DNA of 64,000 nucleotides from Magallana gigas (Eukaryota): NCBI RefSeq assembly GCF_963853765.1, contig NC_088858.1, positions 7,378,001 to 7,442,000 of the forward strand, read 5' to 3'. Shown piece by piece: positions 38,845 to 52,569 of this stretch (position 1 is its first letter; each line of letters starts with the position of its first letter). The notes under the pieces were generated by a model. It saw only the letters and a program-made list of their open reading frames with translations, ran no database searches and was not told where the DNA came from. The position numbers and the translations under genes were made by a program.

Positions 38845-39409
38845 AAAACGACCAAAGAGCTCACACTCTATTTCTACAGTTATCCACATCTCAACAGACC
38901 AATCCACCGATGACACACATTGTTCCAAGTGTTGTAATTATAAAGTACCGTTTATTACTTATTGCTGATAAAGCTTAAGGATATTGAATTTACCTGTTAT
39001 TTATTCACTTCATTGATTTGATTTGAACATATTTTATTGTAATGAATTGTTACAATGGGATTGGGCACAAGTTATAAAAACTTCGCAATCTCCCTACATG
39101 TATAACATACAGTTATTTGACATCATCATGAAGTGCAGGATCATTGCACTTTCATCGCTGTGTTTTTATGAGTAATAATAATAGATTGTCATAAAAAACG
39201 AACCCCAAGGAATGCATAGAAAGATTGTTGCAATGTCTCTTGTACCTCATTTGTTGGCATATTAGCAATATCTTGTAACAGTTGGTTTTTTTAAAAAGAT
39301 TGCGATCTTAATGCATGTATCATGTATAATCTTTCCAGCGTATTTCCTGACATAATGAATCATCCCCCAGTCTAGTTTGAAATGAGCCCGGTATCAGCTT
39401 CAGTTGCAG

Positions 39410-40016
39410 ATGAACGAGAGAGGATAATGAAGAAAGAGTTCGATAAAATATTCATTTGTAAAGCGATACTAGCCTTTCTTTTCAATAACCATGAACAAAA
39501 AGTCGCGAATATGCGGAATGAGAATGAGAAAAGTGAATTAGACAGACGTTTCCAGGTAAGCGCAGGTATATACAGGTAAAATTGGAAATAAGGGGATGGA
39601 ATTGACAGGATGTTACAAACGAGTTGTAAAGCGCGCCAGTGAAAGACAATATGGACTGCATACTTAAAAATGCATTACACAGCTTAAAAGAAGTCAGCAA
39701 TCGTTCAATTCTTGATTCAAGAACTAGAAGAACGGATTCTAAGAGCTGAGCACTGTTAAAATAAGTGTCAGCGACTGTAAACATATCTACATAGATAAAA
39801 CATTCGGTGCAACTTGCGTCTTCTTTAAAAGACCATGATAGCATGAGAAGGAAACATCGAAATCTCAAGACACTGTACTTGATGTTCGCCCATTTTTTAT
39901 TTATTTATTTGAGTTGTAAGATCAGAAAAAGATTGCATGCAGGAAGTGATAGTTTATTTGTTTGTGAGGTCAAGGAAGTGTTTGATGAACTTTCAAGTAA
40001 TCTCCACACACAATAA
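39410..40016 (+). pseudogene. Decayed coding-like region (exon 39410-39555, putative 53-bp intron, then a frame with 4 stops)
   Basis: TTGCAG|..ERERIMKKEFDKIF..SELDRRFQ|GTAAGC; phase-0 continuation at 39609 (DVTNEL*SAPVKDNMDCILK...) runs in the frame of ORF 39807-40016. No family recognised. Confidence 0.3.
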
Positions 40017-40472
40017 GAGGACAGAATGCCACGTGTGTATTACATGTATTTAAATTGGGTGTAAATTAATGACAAAGAAAGGTGCAATCTATACAATATA
40101 TATATTTTATAATATATATATATATACAATATATATTGCATTTGTTACTTCAAAATGTTGGTAGCAGAAAAAAAATAACAGTCAAGGAAGAAAGAGGAAG
40201 AAATTTGTTTTACATATTAAAAGGGTCATTTGAAAAAAAAAATAATAAAAAGCAATAAAATATACTTGTCGATAACAATCCTTTTGATATTGATCTTTGT
40301 TAACAATGTTTTCCTTTGTACAAGTGTTACCATTGTCTAGATCTATATGATGCAGTACATTCTCGTAGCTTTGTTGATAATGATTCTATAAATCTAGTGT
40401 AAGAAAGTTTTCATAAATCCTTGTTTATGTATTTTTTATACATTTTTTAATTCTTCATTGACCGACCACAAA

Positions 40473-40475
<3 letters not shown>

Positions 40476-40507
<32 letters not shown>
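40476..40507. repeat. (GT)n microsatellite
   Basis: Perfect GT run. Confidence 0.97.
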
Positions 40508-40509
<2 letters not shown>

Positions 40510-43238
40510 CACATCAGAAGGGTGATGCTTTCTGACGATCGCTTCTCTAATTGTCGGACTAGTCATACAAAGATATACGTTTAAATCAATATTTTTAAAT
40601 ATCAATTTGAAGAAAGTATCATACTCTATATAAAATAGTTTGAAAATTCTTGTAAATTAATTCAAGGAAAAAAGAGACAATTTCAATTTGAAAAATTCTT
40701 TAGAAATCACAAATTTCATAGATTTTTTTGTATTCTAGTAACTTGCAAATGAATCAGTCGTCAAAACGCAGATACCATGCTGGCACAAAACAACACAGGT
40801 CTGACTGTATTTCTTGAATAAAAGCTTTACCCCAAAGGAAGAATCATTCAAATTCTATCTAGAAATAGCAGACCAAATTCATGTCGAGTCTGGAAGTGAC
40901 AGTGAAAAAAATGACTAAAGTAATACATTCAGAAGGAAATTGATAAACAATTTAAAAAATATGAAATTTATCACGAAGATGAGTGCGTATTTTGCCACAG
41001 AGCGTTTACTGGTACAGCAACAAATTACCTTCCGCCGGGCAGCCTCGCGTGCTAGGGATTTAGGTTGACATAAAATCATTTTCGAGGCCTCGTCGTGAAA
41101 ACGGAATCACAGAAAGAAAATTAGATGTATTGCTAAATTTAATCTGATCATGTCCTTTGCCAGATTTGTTGCTAATTAAACCGCCATGCCGGTTGAGAGG
41201 TGAGTGTTCCGGTCTTAAAGGTTCTGCTGAATGACAAAAGTTGCAACATCAATCTGAATGACGTCATTTGTCAAGCTTAAGTTTGACGTGTACACAAATT
41301 ACTTCTACTCTGGTTTCGTGTATTTCGTTGTTGATTTGTTTACAAAACTTTAATTTTTATTTAATAGAAATCCACTTTCTAACAATATATATGACTTCAA
41401 GTTGGGTTGATAGGATCGCTGACCAGGAATTTATGTAATCCTTAAGTCAGTTATTTTTCTACTAAATCCTCGAAAATTGATGTCCGCGAATATACACATT
41501 TACAGTAATTATATTAAGATTTTAAATACTGGTATACAATTTATATAAAATACATAGTAGTATACATCCTAACAAAAATATCTTGCATGTTTAATGTTTA
41601 AAAATATCAGAAATTAATATTACAGTGTTTCATATCATTTGATATTTAACTACATGTAAATCCGTGCTAAGATTAATCAATCATGGTATGCATAAATAAA
41701 AGATATGCTATCTCATGTTATCAGCTCGCCGCGACATTTCCATTACAATTGGAAAAAACAGAGCAAATTCGAAACCTCTGTTATGCCAGCAAAATGACAA
41801 GTTTGACGGGAGAATGGAAATTGCGGCCAGCTTTCTCCGTCAAAGACTGACTGATCACATTTTGTTCTCAGTAATTGTTTTAGAATGAGAGGCACTTATT
41901 GATTTTCGGTAACAATCACGACTCTTCATTCTTTTTTGACAAAAAACGGGGAAAAAAAAAACAACTGTGAAGAATGCGATGAAGAAGATTTCCCTCAAGA
42001 GAAAATCATTCACTTTGTTCTTTGTGAGAGGTTTCGAGCTAAATTCCATTTGCTTGGTTAGGGCAAGAGAGTTCTAAACATTTCCAAGCTGTTTTGGATA
42101 AAGACAAACGTTTCGTTTATGTATGTCATATACGCGTGTTTATCTCAATCTTGGATTAATCAGGAGTTGGATCTGACACTAGTTACGTTATGATTCCCGA
42201 GCTGTCAAATCCATAACCATATTGCTTCTGTATCAACAAACACTGCTTTAACTATTGAAAGTTCATCTCAAACAGATTACAGACCAGTAAAATGAATTTG
42301 AAATGTCACTGTGTATATCTGACGGTTTTGCGGTTGGTTTTGATGAACAAATTTTATCTTATAATACAAATATGACACTGTCAAACATTTCGACTGAATC
42401 TACGTTGTGATTCAGAAATATTACAAAATGAACTTGTATCGTAAACCCAGAATTTTTCGAGGTTTTTTTTTTTCAAATTATACATTAATATATAACCAAT
42501 AGTCTACTTTCTGACACTTTTTAAGTTTATTTTTTTTTTCAAGTGCAGTTAAAATGCTGTGTATGTCCATATTCCCTACGTATGTAAGTAATACATTAGG
42601 TTAGAGTGGGCGGCTAGGATTATCCGAACTTATGTCCAATTCCAGTACATTGTCGTATAAATAATAAAAAACAATGAAAATATGTTGAAATATATAACGC
42701 ATTAAATCTAAACATTAATTAATAATCAATCATATGAGTAATCATTCAGACCATGTTAGCTGTGATTGATTATAGCAAATTTTTTCACGGTATAATTCCC
42801 TCCTCATTTCAACAACTATAAGTGAAGAGCCACGCATTTAGACATTCCCTGGAGACTAGGGTAAAATCCAAGGTCAAATACAAGGCCATTAATGACTGTG
42901 ACCTTGGCTAGTCATTGTATTAACAAATTGTTCTTGGACAAACATTCGCATTCATTATTTACATATAATTATACAATATGCATGGTCTCCGATCTACCCT
43001 TTCCGGTGCTTGTCGAGCGATATTGAAAGTAGCTCAGATTTAGCTTTCTTTGAGACTAAATGAAGAAAATAATTTGAGAATAATTAAACCTTAGATGTGT
43101 CTCAAACATGCCAATGGAGATTCGATCTTCTACATAACTTTTTTGTAACTGACGGATATTTTAGCTTTAGGCAAACAGACAAAAGAAATCAATTGCTGTC
43201 TTTTTTCTTTTTACAGAGCATGCGTAGTACCAGCTCAC

Positions 43239-43240
<2 letters not shown>

Positions 43241-43274
<34 letters not shown>
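43241..43274. repeat. (GA)n microsatellite
   Basis: Perfect GA run. Confidence 0.97.
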
Positions 43275-43276
<2 letters not shown>

Positions 43277-44335
43277 CAATAGTTGTCTCAAGAGCAGGGC
43301 ACACGAAAAACAACTCACTAAAGCAGTAAACCTATGGTACAGTCTCATGATCACGTGGTCGGGCTCATTTCATTTCTTTTTCGAAATGGAAGATTAATGG
43401 CGGTTAATCTATCATCGGTCTGATTTTCTCTCTGTCTGCAACCTACGTAAACATTGACTTAAGGTTATCTTCCTATTATTATGGCAAGATGAAACTTTAT
43501 ATCTTGTGTACTGCACTGTTAATATCAAGGCTAAATGTCAGAAAAGGGGTCAATGTCATTGGTCAAATGCTAGTTGATTTTTATGAGAATCACAAGAAAC
43601 AGTGTATTATAAAATCGCCCAGTTTCTTTATGTGACGCCTTGTGATGGTTGAATGCTATATTACATGTAATTGACGTAAAAGTAACAAACATCTAAGCGT
43701 TGTTCTATGCAAGGTATCCCCGGACCAGTTAATGTCCTCAATATGATCAACAGTATTTTCACTGAATACCCCACTGCATTCAATTTTTAACAAGTAAATG
43801 AACAATATATGATGATTATATAATAGTACATGAATACATATAAGGAAATAACAATAATTGCGCAATATATACATTCAAATTGTCTTACACAATGCTATTA
43901 TAGCGAAATCGGATGCTATTATAATTACACAATCAACAGGAACGACAATGAAATTATTATAATATTGTTTGTCATAATTATAAACTACCAATATCAATCC
44001 ATGGAATAGGCATTGAATGATGTGGAGTCTGTGTGACACTTGATGCATCATGCTATCGTGTGAGAGAATCATGATTGAGATGTCACGTAAATTGCAATTA
44101 AAAAACAAACCCAGCTTCATCAATATCAATAAATTATTTTGACAAGTCAATTCAACAAACGGTATTTTATACGATTCTTAAAACGTTCTCAGATACATAA
44201 AAACATAGAAAAAAAATCAACTTTAAAACTTTCTTGTTTACAGTTTGATATTCTTTTGTATAGGCATTCATTGCGTACGTATGCTTTAATGTTATACACA
44301 TGTAGCTTGGAAGCAATGAAATAAAGAGTGAACCA

Positions 44336-44562
44336 GGCCTCAGGATCATGAAGGAATTTCAGACTTAAGTCAAAATTTCAGTCAGTCATAAAATTGTTTA
44401 TCATAAAATGACGATTGAAATTTGTATTTAAGACAATTTAAGACAATTTATATAAAGACAATTTTAGTAGCATTTCAATTTCGTCGTTTCAATCTAGAGA
44501 CATTTTACAGACAGTGTACAATTTTTGACTGAAGTCTAAGATTGCTTCATTATCCTGAGGCC
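44336..44562. mobile_element. About 227-bp MITE with GGCC termini (PIF/Harbinger-like)
   Basis: TIR GGCCTCAGGATCATGAAG / CTTCATTATCCTGAGGCC; the superfamily assignment is inference from GG termini. Confidence 0.75.
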
Positions 44563-45119
44563 AGATCAAAGCTTGGCCTCTATGGTCTGTCTTTTTCTCT
44601 TAATTTAATCCAATTGCCATAACTGTCTTATCTTTAGGATGACCTTATGCAAAGTATATGATTAATCATATTAGACTCATAAAGATTTATCTTTAAAATC
44701 ATTTGCATGTATTTCCCCTATACTAAAAAGAGCAAAACCAATTTGTTGAAATACCTACTTTTCGATCCAATGCTAATGTAAATGGTTAAATGATCATTCA
44801 TTGATTTTGAACAGGTTATTATAAGAAAAATAAACAGTAATAAATGGTATTGTTTTATGTTTAGCTTAAAACTCAAAATTAAAAGATGATTTGATACCAA
44901 AGCCTTCAAACAAGCTCTATATCGTGTAAACTTGAAATTCAGTTTTAACAATTTGATTAGAGTTTGTACACTGTATTATTACAAAATGCAATTTGCATGT
45001 CATGATCAATGATACATTGAAGTTGTGAATATTACAATTTTTCACAACAACTGTAACCACCGCATTAAAGCAATAAAATTACAAAAACGGATAAAATGAA
45101 CAACAAGAAACTTGAGTAC

Positions 45120-45400
45120 CTGTTGCTGATCCTCCGTCGATTTTCTTCTCCCCCCGAGGACTTGGAGACTGGACTGTCACAGCTGTGAGGACCTAGAGTC
45201 TGTAAATCGATGGCTCTAGTATTAGGATCACAATTTGCCATTCCAAACCCATGAATACACTCATACGTTTCACTAAACAACGAAGCTTTGTTTGTCGCAC
45301 ACCAGTTTACCAGGTCTTTTTTGTGCCATGCCTTTGACGCATATGTTACTTTATGGATGTTGCAATATTGAAGGGTTGAATACGATACACGTAGGAACAT
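45120..45400 (-). CDS. Candidate orphan exon encoding a Cys-containing segment
   Basis: Open frame STLQYCNIHKVTYASKAWHKKDLVNWCATN...ECIHGFGMANCDP...GPHSCDS...RRISNR ending at a donor-like AG|GTACTC (45120/45119). Acceptor uncertain; no family recognised. Confidence 0.3.
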
Positions 45401-48400
45401 ATAATTTGTGTAATTGATTAGATATTCAATAAAGTGCAACACGCTTTAAAATTACCTGTCGATTTTTTTTTTATCAGAAATATTCGTGTTTTTGCAATGA
45501 ATGTTTTTTTGTCAAACAAAATGACTTCCTTTAAGATGTTAATTTATTTCCCTATTTTTCATCGTACGGAAATATATACTCAAAACTAGCTAATAATTCA
45601 TTATCAGAGAGAATATATATGTAGGTCCAGCAAAGCTTAATAAAACCTCGTTTATGTGTCCCCTCAAAGCTTGTGTATTTGCTACAGAATGCAGGTTACA
45701 TGTAAATTATATCAATTTCTTACAAAATATCGATATATTTGTTTAAATATGCATTAATATGTAACATCCGATAACATGACATCTAGTGAAAGCTTATTAC
45801 TCATTTAATTTTAAATTGAAAACGGTTGTATTAATTTGTGACATTTTAATGTTTATCAAAATCGATCATCGATGCCATTTCCAAGCTTGTCGTAATGTGA
45901 AAGGCCAATCGGTATTACACTGTAACATTAATTGTTCCGACTAACTTTTATTTCTTCTACAGTATTACTTATGGTTTATTTTTTTTAATATAGCTGTACT
46001 GAACCCAAAACAAGATAAATTTTCCTGTTGAATGACGCATATATGTATGTTACATAATGAAAAACATTGTTGAAGAGCATTCTGATAATAACAGCGATGA
46101 ACGATAAATTCTAGATGTCTGACAAACTAGAATTTTTGAAAAAGAGCAAATTTTGTAATCGACAAGATCATTGTATTAAAGTTTTGTATACATGGTTATC
46201 TTCTCTGAGCAACAGTTAAAAAGGAGTGTATCAAATAAAAACCTTCACTTTTCCATAGCCCCCCTCCCGCATTTCAAGGTATGTCTAATCATTAATAGAT
46301 GAATACTTTTTTCTCAAAAGTATGCTATATACATGTTTAAGACTGGTTACTTACCATATATACTCTTGATATTGAAATTGTCGCCAAACACTGATCCTTT
46401 CTCTTGTGGCAAGGGGAAGAAGAAATTCACATTCACGGACTGAAAGCGTCGAATGGATTAACTATCAAGTGTTAAATAAACGAAAGCAATTTTACAAATA
46501 GACCAATACTCTCAATGTCCGTAACTTCGTTATTTGTAGCTTGATATCAATGACTGTCTAAACACAAATCGTTTGTGTAGATGACATAAAAATCCGATAG
46601 GTAAATATGGCAATGATCAGCGAAATCCAATAATCTACTAACTCAATCACATTCGCACTAGGAAATGAAATTTGACGTGCAAATTTCCTATGAGGCCTAT
46701 AAATCAACAATGGGAATTTTAAATTGTTATATGAATTTAGTTCAAAATGGGGTACGTTTACATTCTTTTATGGACAAAGAATCGCTCCAATTAAACGTGC
46801 AAACTTTAAATCTCTTATCAGATGAACCCGAACAAAGAGCAATATGATTCTGACGGAGTCTCTGCTAATCACTATCAATATACTAATATACGAGGTCCAG
46901 GTCCGATGTTTATGCGAGGATCTTTACAGAGGATGAAATCGATGCGTGTACAGGTATCACTGATTTCACTATAATAGAGCGAAAGTCGTTGTGGAATTAA
47001 CTCATTGCATGTTAACCCGAAGGCGTTCCGAACGCCATTAATATTTCATACTATAGGTAGGTACCCTTTAATGATGATAATTTATGACGAGCGAATCAAG
47101 ATAATCGAATTCTTTTTGATGTACATAATAAGATCATACAGATCAAATATCACAAGAGATAATAAGGAAGCATAAGGACGAGCAAGATTGGCACAAGTAA
47201 ACAACGTAAAAATGAGTGAATTTAGAAAACATTTGAACTTATTTCAAACATTTTACCTTTAAACGTGTTGAAAAATCCCGATCAATTTCTTCATTTAAAA
47301 GTATTTAAATCACTTTCTTATGTGCAATCGGCAATATATAGAAATCCTTTAATCCAGTTCTGTAGATTTAATACACATTGAGGATGTTCGGTGGTTAACA
47401 AATTAACCAGCTGATCCACCTTAAATTGTTAAATATAATTTGATAAGCCATAAACTATTATTAAGTAAAGGAAAATTCTATCAACTATAGCATTTGTGGA
47501 GTTTTTTCTATATCTTTCTACAAAGCTCTTCTTATAAGGATACAAATACAGTCTATAAATGGCCATGTCCATCCAGCCCTCTTAAGTTACCTTGAGGATA
47601 TAACAGTATATACATGTATAATTATATTTTCATATATTTTCATTATATTTTCATGTCTTTTGACGCAAATACATATATTTTGAAAATGCTAAAGTACTTA
47701 TGCATTTTAATCCATCACGAACATGAAAAAAATACCATAAACATATTAGATATTGCACAAATATATTACATCCTGATTAAAAATAGTGCATATACCTTTT
47801 GATAGAGCGATGTTTACATACAATAGAAACACGTATAATAAACTGTATTGTCTGGGTCATATTACATGCATATTTCTAAATATATATAATGGCAGATTAC
47901 AATTATAATTATAGTATCTTTTAAACAAGCTTTTAAATTTTCTATTGACTATAAAAACATCTTTTAAAAATCTAACAAATAAAAATTGAGAATTAAAAAT
48001 TTGGAAATCATTTGCTTAATTATGACCATGTCCAAGTGTTCACTTTAAGCTATACATGTTTGATGTAGAAATAACAATCAGGTCAAAAGTAATATTTGAG
48101 AGGATCAATTGATATAAAAATGAAATCGGTTTTAATATTGATTTAAGTATAAGACAACAACGAGCAAATTATTTTCCATTTTTGTTTTGCAAGATGATAA
48201 TTAGTACCCATGATATCCACTCAAATCACTCTTTGTCATCGCACAAACCATATTAAAATATCTAATAACATTTTTGATTTTATAATATTCCAACATGAAC
48301 GTTAAGCAATCATTTGTAAAAAAAAAAACAAAACAGTCTTAAAGAGGGGCAACTCGTGAAGCGTTATTCATAAGTATAGAAGTGTAACTGCTGAATGAAT

Positions 48401-48959
48401 ATAATATTTTGTCATCCGCATTTTCTAAACTTGCTAATTGAAATCAATAAAACAAGTGTTTCTTTTATCAGCATAATACGCCAATAACCTAGTTTTGATA
48501 TCAGATTACGACATTGTCAACTTTGCCATTCAAAGATTCTGATTAAGTATGCTTTCTCAAAATCATTAGTGTCAAGGTGATCATCTGGCAAACAGTCGCT
48601 AAAATTGTTCAAATGGAATAAGTGATCGTTGACTCTTTACAGTTTATGTATCTCATAAATCTCTCTGGCAATATAATCTCATATTAATGAAGCATGAATG
48701 AGTAGCATTAATTTGTGTTTTATATCAATATCAGTTGTACACTATGAACTATAATATGATTTTATTGTTTATCCTAACAACTTCTTTATAAAATATACTT
48801 CAAGGATCTCCGGTGTGAACAAAGGTATTTCAAAAATTTTAATTGACACACCTTAAAACTTCAATTCTGTGCATGAAAAATAAAATCGGCATTGAAATCA
48901 CTTAAAATCTCTTGTTAGTTTTGTCATTAAGTAATTGCAAAGTTTTTTGCCACCATCTG

Positions 48960-49392
48960 CATCTAAACTGTCGACTTTATTTTCCTATACAGCAAAATAT
49001 TTGCAAACAAGTCAAAATCCAAGTAATATGCGACTCTCTGATATATGTACAATTGATCTGCAAAACATCGACTTCCCATCTTGAAAACTGTAGGAGGAGT
49101 TATCCGTACAATAGGGGTACCCTATTTGCAATATTCTAAGAAAAATGAAAAAAGTTCAACAGCTAATATTTTTTCATAAATTATCAAAGACCAAAATCCA
49201 AGTAATGTGCACACCTCTGATATAGATGTATGTACAATTGATCTGCAAAACACGACTTTCCTATCGATATCATGGAAACTGAAGATGAGTTTTCCGTACA
49301 ATAGGTGTACCCTTTTTGGCAGCTGCCCGCCCGTCCGTCATTTTTACCATTTTAATGACCAGATTTCCCCTTGGAAAACCCGGTGAATAAAT
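48960..49392 (+). mobile_element. Fragment of a HINE/Helitron-type non-autonomous repeat with an internal tandem duplication
   Basis: Duplicated block AAAATCCAAGTAAT..TCTGATATA..GTACAATTGATCTGCAAAACA..CCGTACAATAGG (~49014 and ~49194), CCGCCCGTCCGTC core and terminal CCAGATTTCCCCTTGGAAAACCCGG hairpin-like end. Confidence 0.55.
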
Positions 49393-51428
49393 CAACGCTC
49401 GATATTGGCGCCAGAAAAAGAGGATGCAGAACAGTTTACACCCTACCTCTAGTATATGTACCCAGTAATTCGAAACTACGAACATTTCAGTGAATCATTT
49501 GGCTGCAGTTACAATGTACGTCTCTTCTGACGCTGTTCGTCGCCAGTCTCTGTAAAAGTTTACGCATATTCCGTTTCTTTTCTGAATAAAAATGGCCAAT
49601 CTTAAGTTCGATGTATATTCAATTCAATTTCTTTATTTACTAATAAGGGCCATCAAGGGGCACCATGAAGATTGTACATATAGCATCTAATGTACATAAA
49701 ATAATTAATAAACATATACAAGAAGGAAATAGTTGAATGATTGAAAGAGCTAGGACAGACATGAACATTTGATTAGTAGCCTATATATATATGTATGTTT
49801 GTATATACTTAATACAATGTCTTCTGTATATTTATATTAAACATCATACATAAGTATGTCAAAATACAAAATTAATGTACATACAAATCTGAAATAGTTT
49901 ATCATATGATTTAAAAGTTAACAAGGGTCAAGAGAAAGAAACATAAAGTTCGTGATTAACAATTCACTTTGCTCACTAGCATTAATGATCATACAAATGG
50001 CATGTAATGCCAGCATCATCTTCTTTATTAAAATATAAACAATCCTACACAGTTTGTCAATAATTTAAATAAGCTATTTATTGGTAATTTATATATGGCA
50101 TCAAACGAAACAAAAATAAAGCCTACACCCACTGCATGACTGTCTACCTCATTTTCTCCCCACTCGGTTGAAATTCATACTGTCGTCGTATCTACATTAC
50201 CCGATAAAAACTAAACAAGAAGGGGGTAGATTTCTGTTCACTCAGCAGATTTCATATTATAAGAGCCATAAAAACAATACTTTGACAGACACCAAGAATC
50301 TTTGGTTTCTTTACTCATGTTTTCGCCAATAATATTAGCAGTGTCGACTAACTGCACAAATTAGAAAAAAATAATAAAGGGTTGTCAAAACACGGAGAAG
50401 GAGAATTTATGATTCCAGTTTAAAATCAAATCAATTTTATGGCGAACAAATTTGTTTTACAATGCTTTCATGAAAATTGATAAAAATTGCCTTGATAAAT
50501 ATTGATAAGAACACGAAGCTACAAACATTCACCGCACGGAAATGAATACGTGTGAATACATGTAGCAGCTGATCACCTGGGTAGCTAAGATTTGCACTTT
50601 CACCAGCAAATTCTCATGCAGTTTTTTTTGTTTTGCAGGACTGTATCTTAAGATTTTTAAAATTACAATTCAACTTTTCAAAGATAAGATAAGATAGAAA
50701 ACAAGAGTGCTATAAAGACGGCTAAATCTTAGAGCAACTTTTCGACTTCTAAATTCCTTTTGAGTCATTATTAGTCATTCTATCTCGTTTTTAAGTTTTA
50801 TCCATTGATATACTAGTATCTATTCCTTTAAAGAAATATAGTTCTCTTTTTTTAAAAAAAAATATATGACAACTTCAATAGGAAAAACATATAGATCTAG
50901 CTAGCAGTATCTGGGACGGTGTCATCTGCCTTAAATCTTATTTCATTACTTATATCCGAGTCTCTAGCGATGTATTATTTTCCTCGAGGAAGAAAAAATG
51001 TGCTGACCTGTATAATTAGATTTTAAAAGGGTCACGGTCATATACTTTTCAATGTCAGCACTCTACATGCAGACACGGTCATTGCAGAAACCTTATCTAC
51101 ACAAAAGAAATACTGTATTTTAGTTTCTAATTCGACATTCAAATGTCAGCTAGCTGGATTTAGATTTGTAATGCGCTGTAAATATAAACATTGAAAATGG
51201 AAAATAAAATTTGAAAATATTTCTCGTGAAAAATTAAAAATCGTGATTGTCAATCCTGATGAATAAATTGTCAACTTTTAATGTCAAATATAGTGTGCTT
51301 ATATGTACACAAGTTCTAAACACGAAGACATATATATTTACAATTAATTATTGAATGACATCGTGTTTCACCTAATGTCAAAGGTTAAAAACTTAGATTT
51401 TTCTCTCCTTAAAATAAGCATTATATAT

Positions 51429-51578
51429 ATAGAGGATATCTATATTGTGTGATTTTATATTTGCTTTATCCAACGAGTTGAAATGGTGTATATATTCGCG
51501 AGGCTTGCCGAGCAAATATAACCATTTCAACGAGTTGGATAAAGCAAATATAAAATCATTTAATTATAGATGTTCTAT
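51429..51578. mobile_element. About 150-bp foldback element
   Basis: TGATTTTATATTTGCTTTATCCAAC..GTTGAAATGG pairs with CCATTTCAAC..GTTGGATAAAGCAAATATAAAATCA around a CGAGGCTTGCCGAG centre; outer arms ATAGA..ATCTATA / TATAGATGTTCTAT. Confidence 0.8.
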
Positions 51579-52520
51579 TTATCTCATACAATTTGATTTA
51601 TATTATGAAGCTTTTGAGACAGTCCCTTATATGACCCGAATTGATTTTTTTTTTCAAAGATTAAAAACGATGATGCAACGTTGTGTTATCCGGTTATTGT
51701 GCCCTTGCGCAATACAATTTAGTACATCATTTCTGAGATAAATCTAACTGTTTTAATGTAAAGTATCACGTCGTCAGGATGAACTCGTTGATAGTTAGCG
51801 TAATTTGCAGTTTTATAAACTACACAAAGCAAATTGAAAGTTTGAATGGGGCTAAACTTATCAAAAATCTTGACAAACAAGAAAAAATGTGTTTTGGTTA
51901 CAGTTATTTATAACTTTGTAAAAAGAGTTGGGTGGGGGGGGGGGGGGGGGGGGGGGGCTAAGCCCGGGTTCCCACGCCTTTGCTACGCAGTTATGTGTTT
52001 TCCTTCATATTTGTAAGTAATTGAAGTCTTTGACAAAATCCATTTTATATTTCTTTTTGAAGTTGATATAGTTATGTTGAAAGTAATAGCAAATCTTCGA
52101 AAATAGGTCACTGAAGCGTTGAAGCGAGGGGCTGTGTCAAAAGTAGTTCCGACCGGAAGTATTTGATATAGCATCACCCGTGTGATATAGCAAAGGTTTA
52201 TCACACGGGTAATATACACCACACGTATGAGATAAAATTACACATACTCCCATAAAGATATAATATATTTTATAATATTATATTCGTAACAATTAGGGCA
52301 CAATTGCAAGTGACACAGAAATAAAATACTTATTTTAAACGGACACATTTGTAATCCTTATTAATAGAATAGAGTCTGAAGCTGAGTGTGATTCTATATA
52401 ATTAGATAAATGCGGAAGATTAATACTTGTATCGGCACGTGATTGGTGATAGATTAATTAAACAAATCCACACGGAACTTCAGAAAAATAAAAACAACAA
52501 ATATCATCATCATCGACGCC

Positions 52521-52569
52521 ATGGTAGAAATGGTTATAATAACCTGTTTGATGCTTATTTATCTACCAG
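52521..52569 (+). CDS. Ig/FN3 receptor, exon 1 (signal peptide)
   Basis: gccATGg Kozak context; MVEMVIITCLMLIYLP; phase-1 donor CAG|GTATGT. Confidence 0.7.

Noticed and set aside
40800-41270. Segment reading YEIYHEDECVFCHRAFTG... and a TGACGTCA at 41259
   Set aside because: Short, interrupted by stops and not assignable; the CRE has no linked gene start.
51934-51957. Poly-G tract as a functional G-quadruplex near the receptor promoter
   Set aside because: It lies within a common repeat-like fragment, and similar G/C runs occur throughout the window (8253, 8589, 60866).
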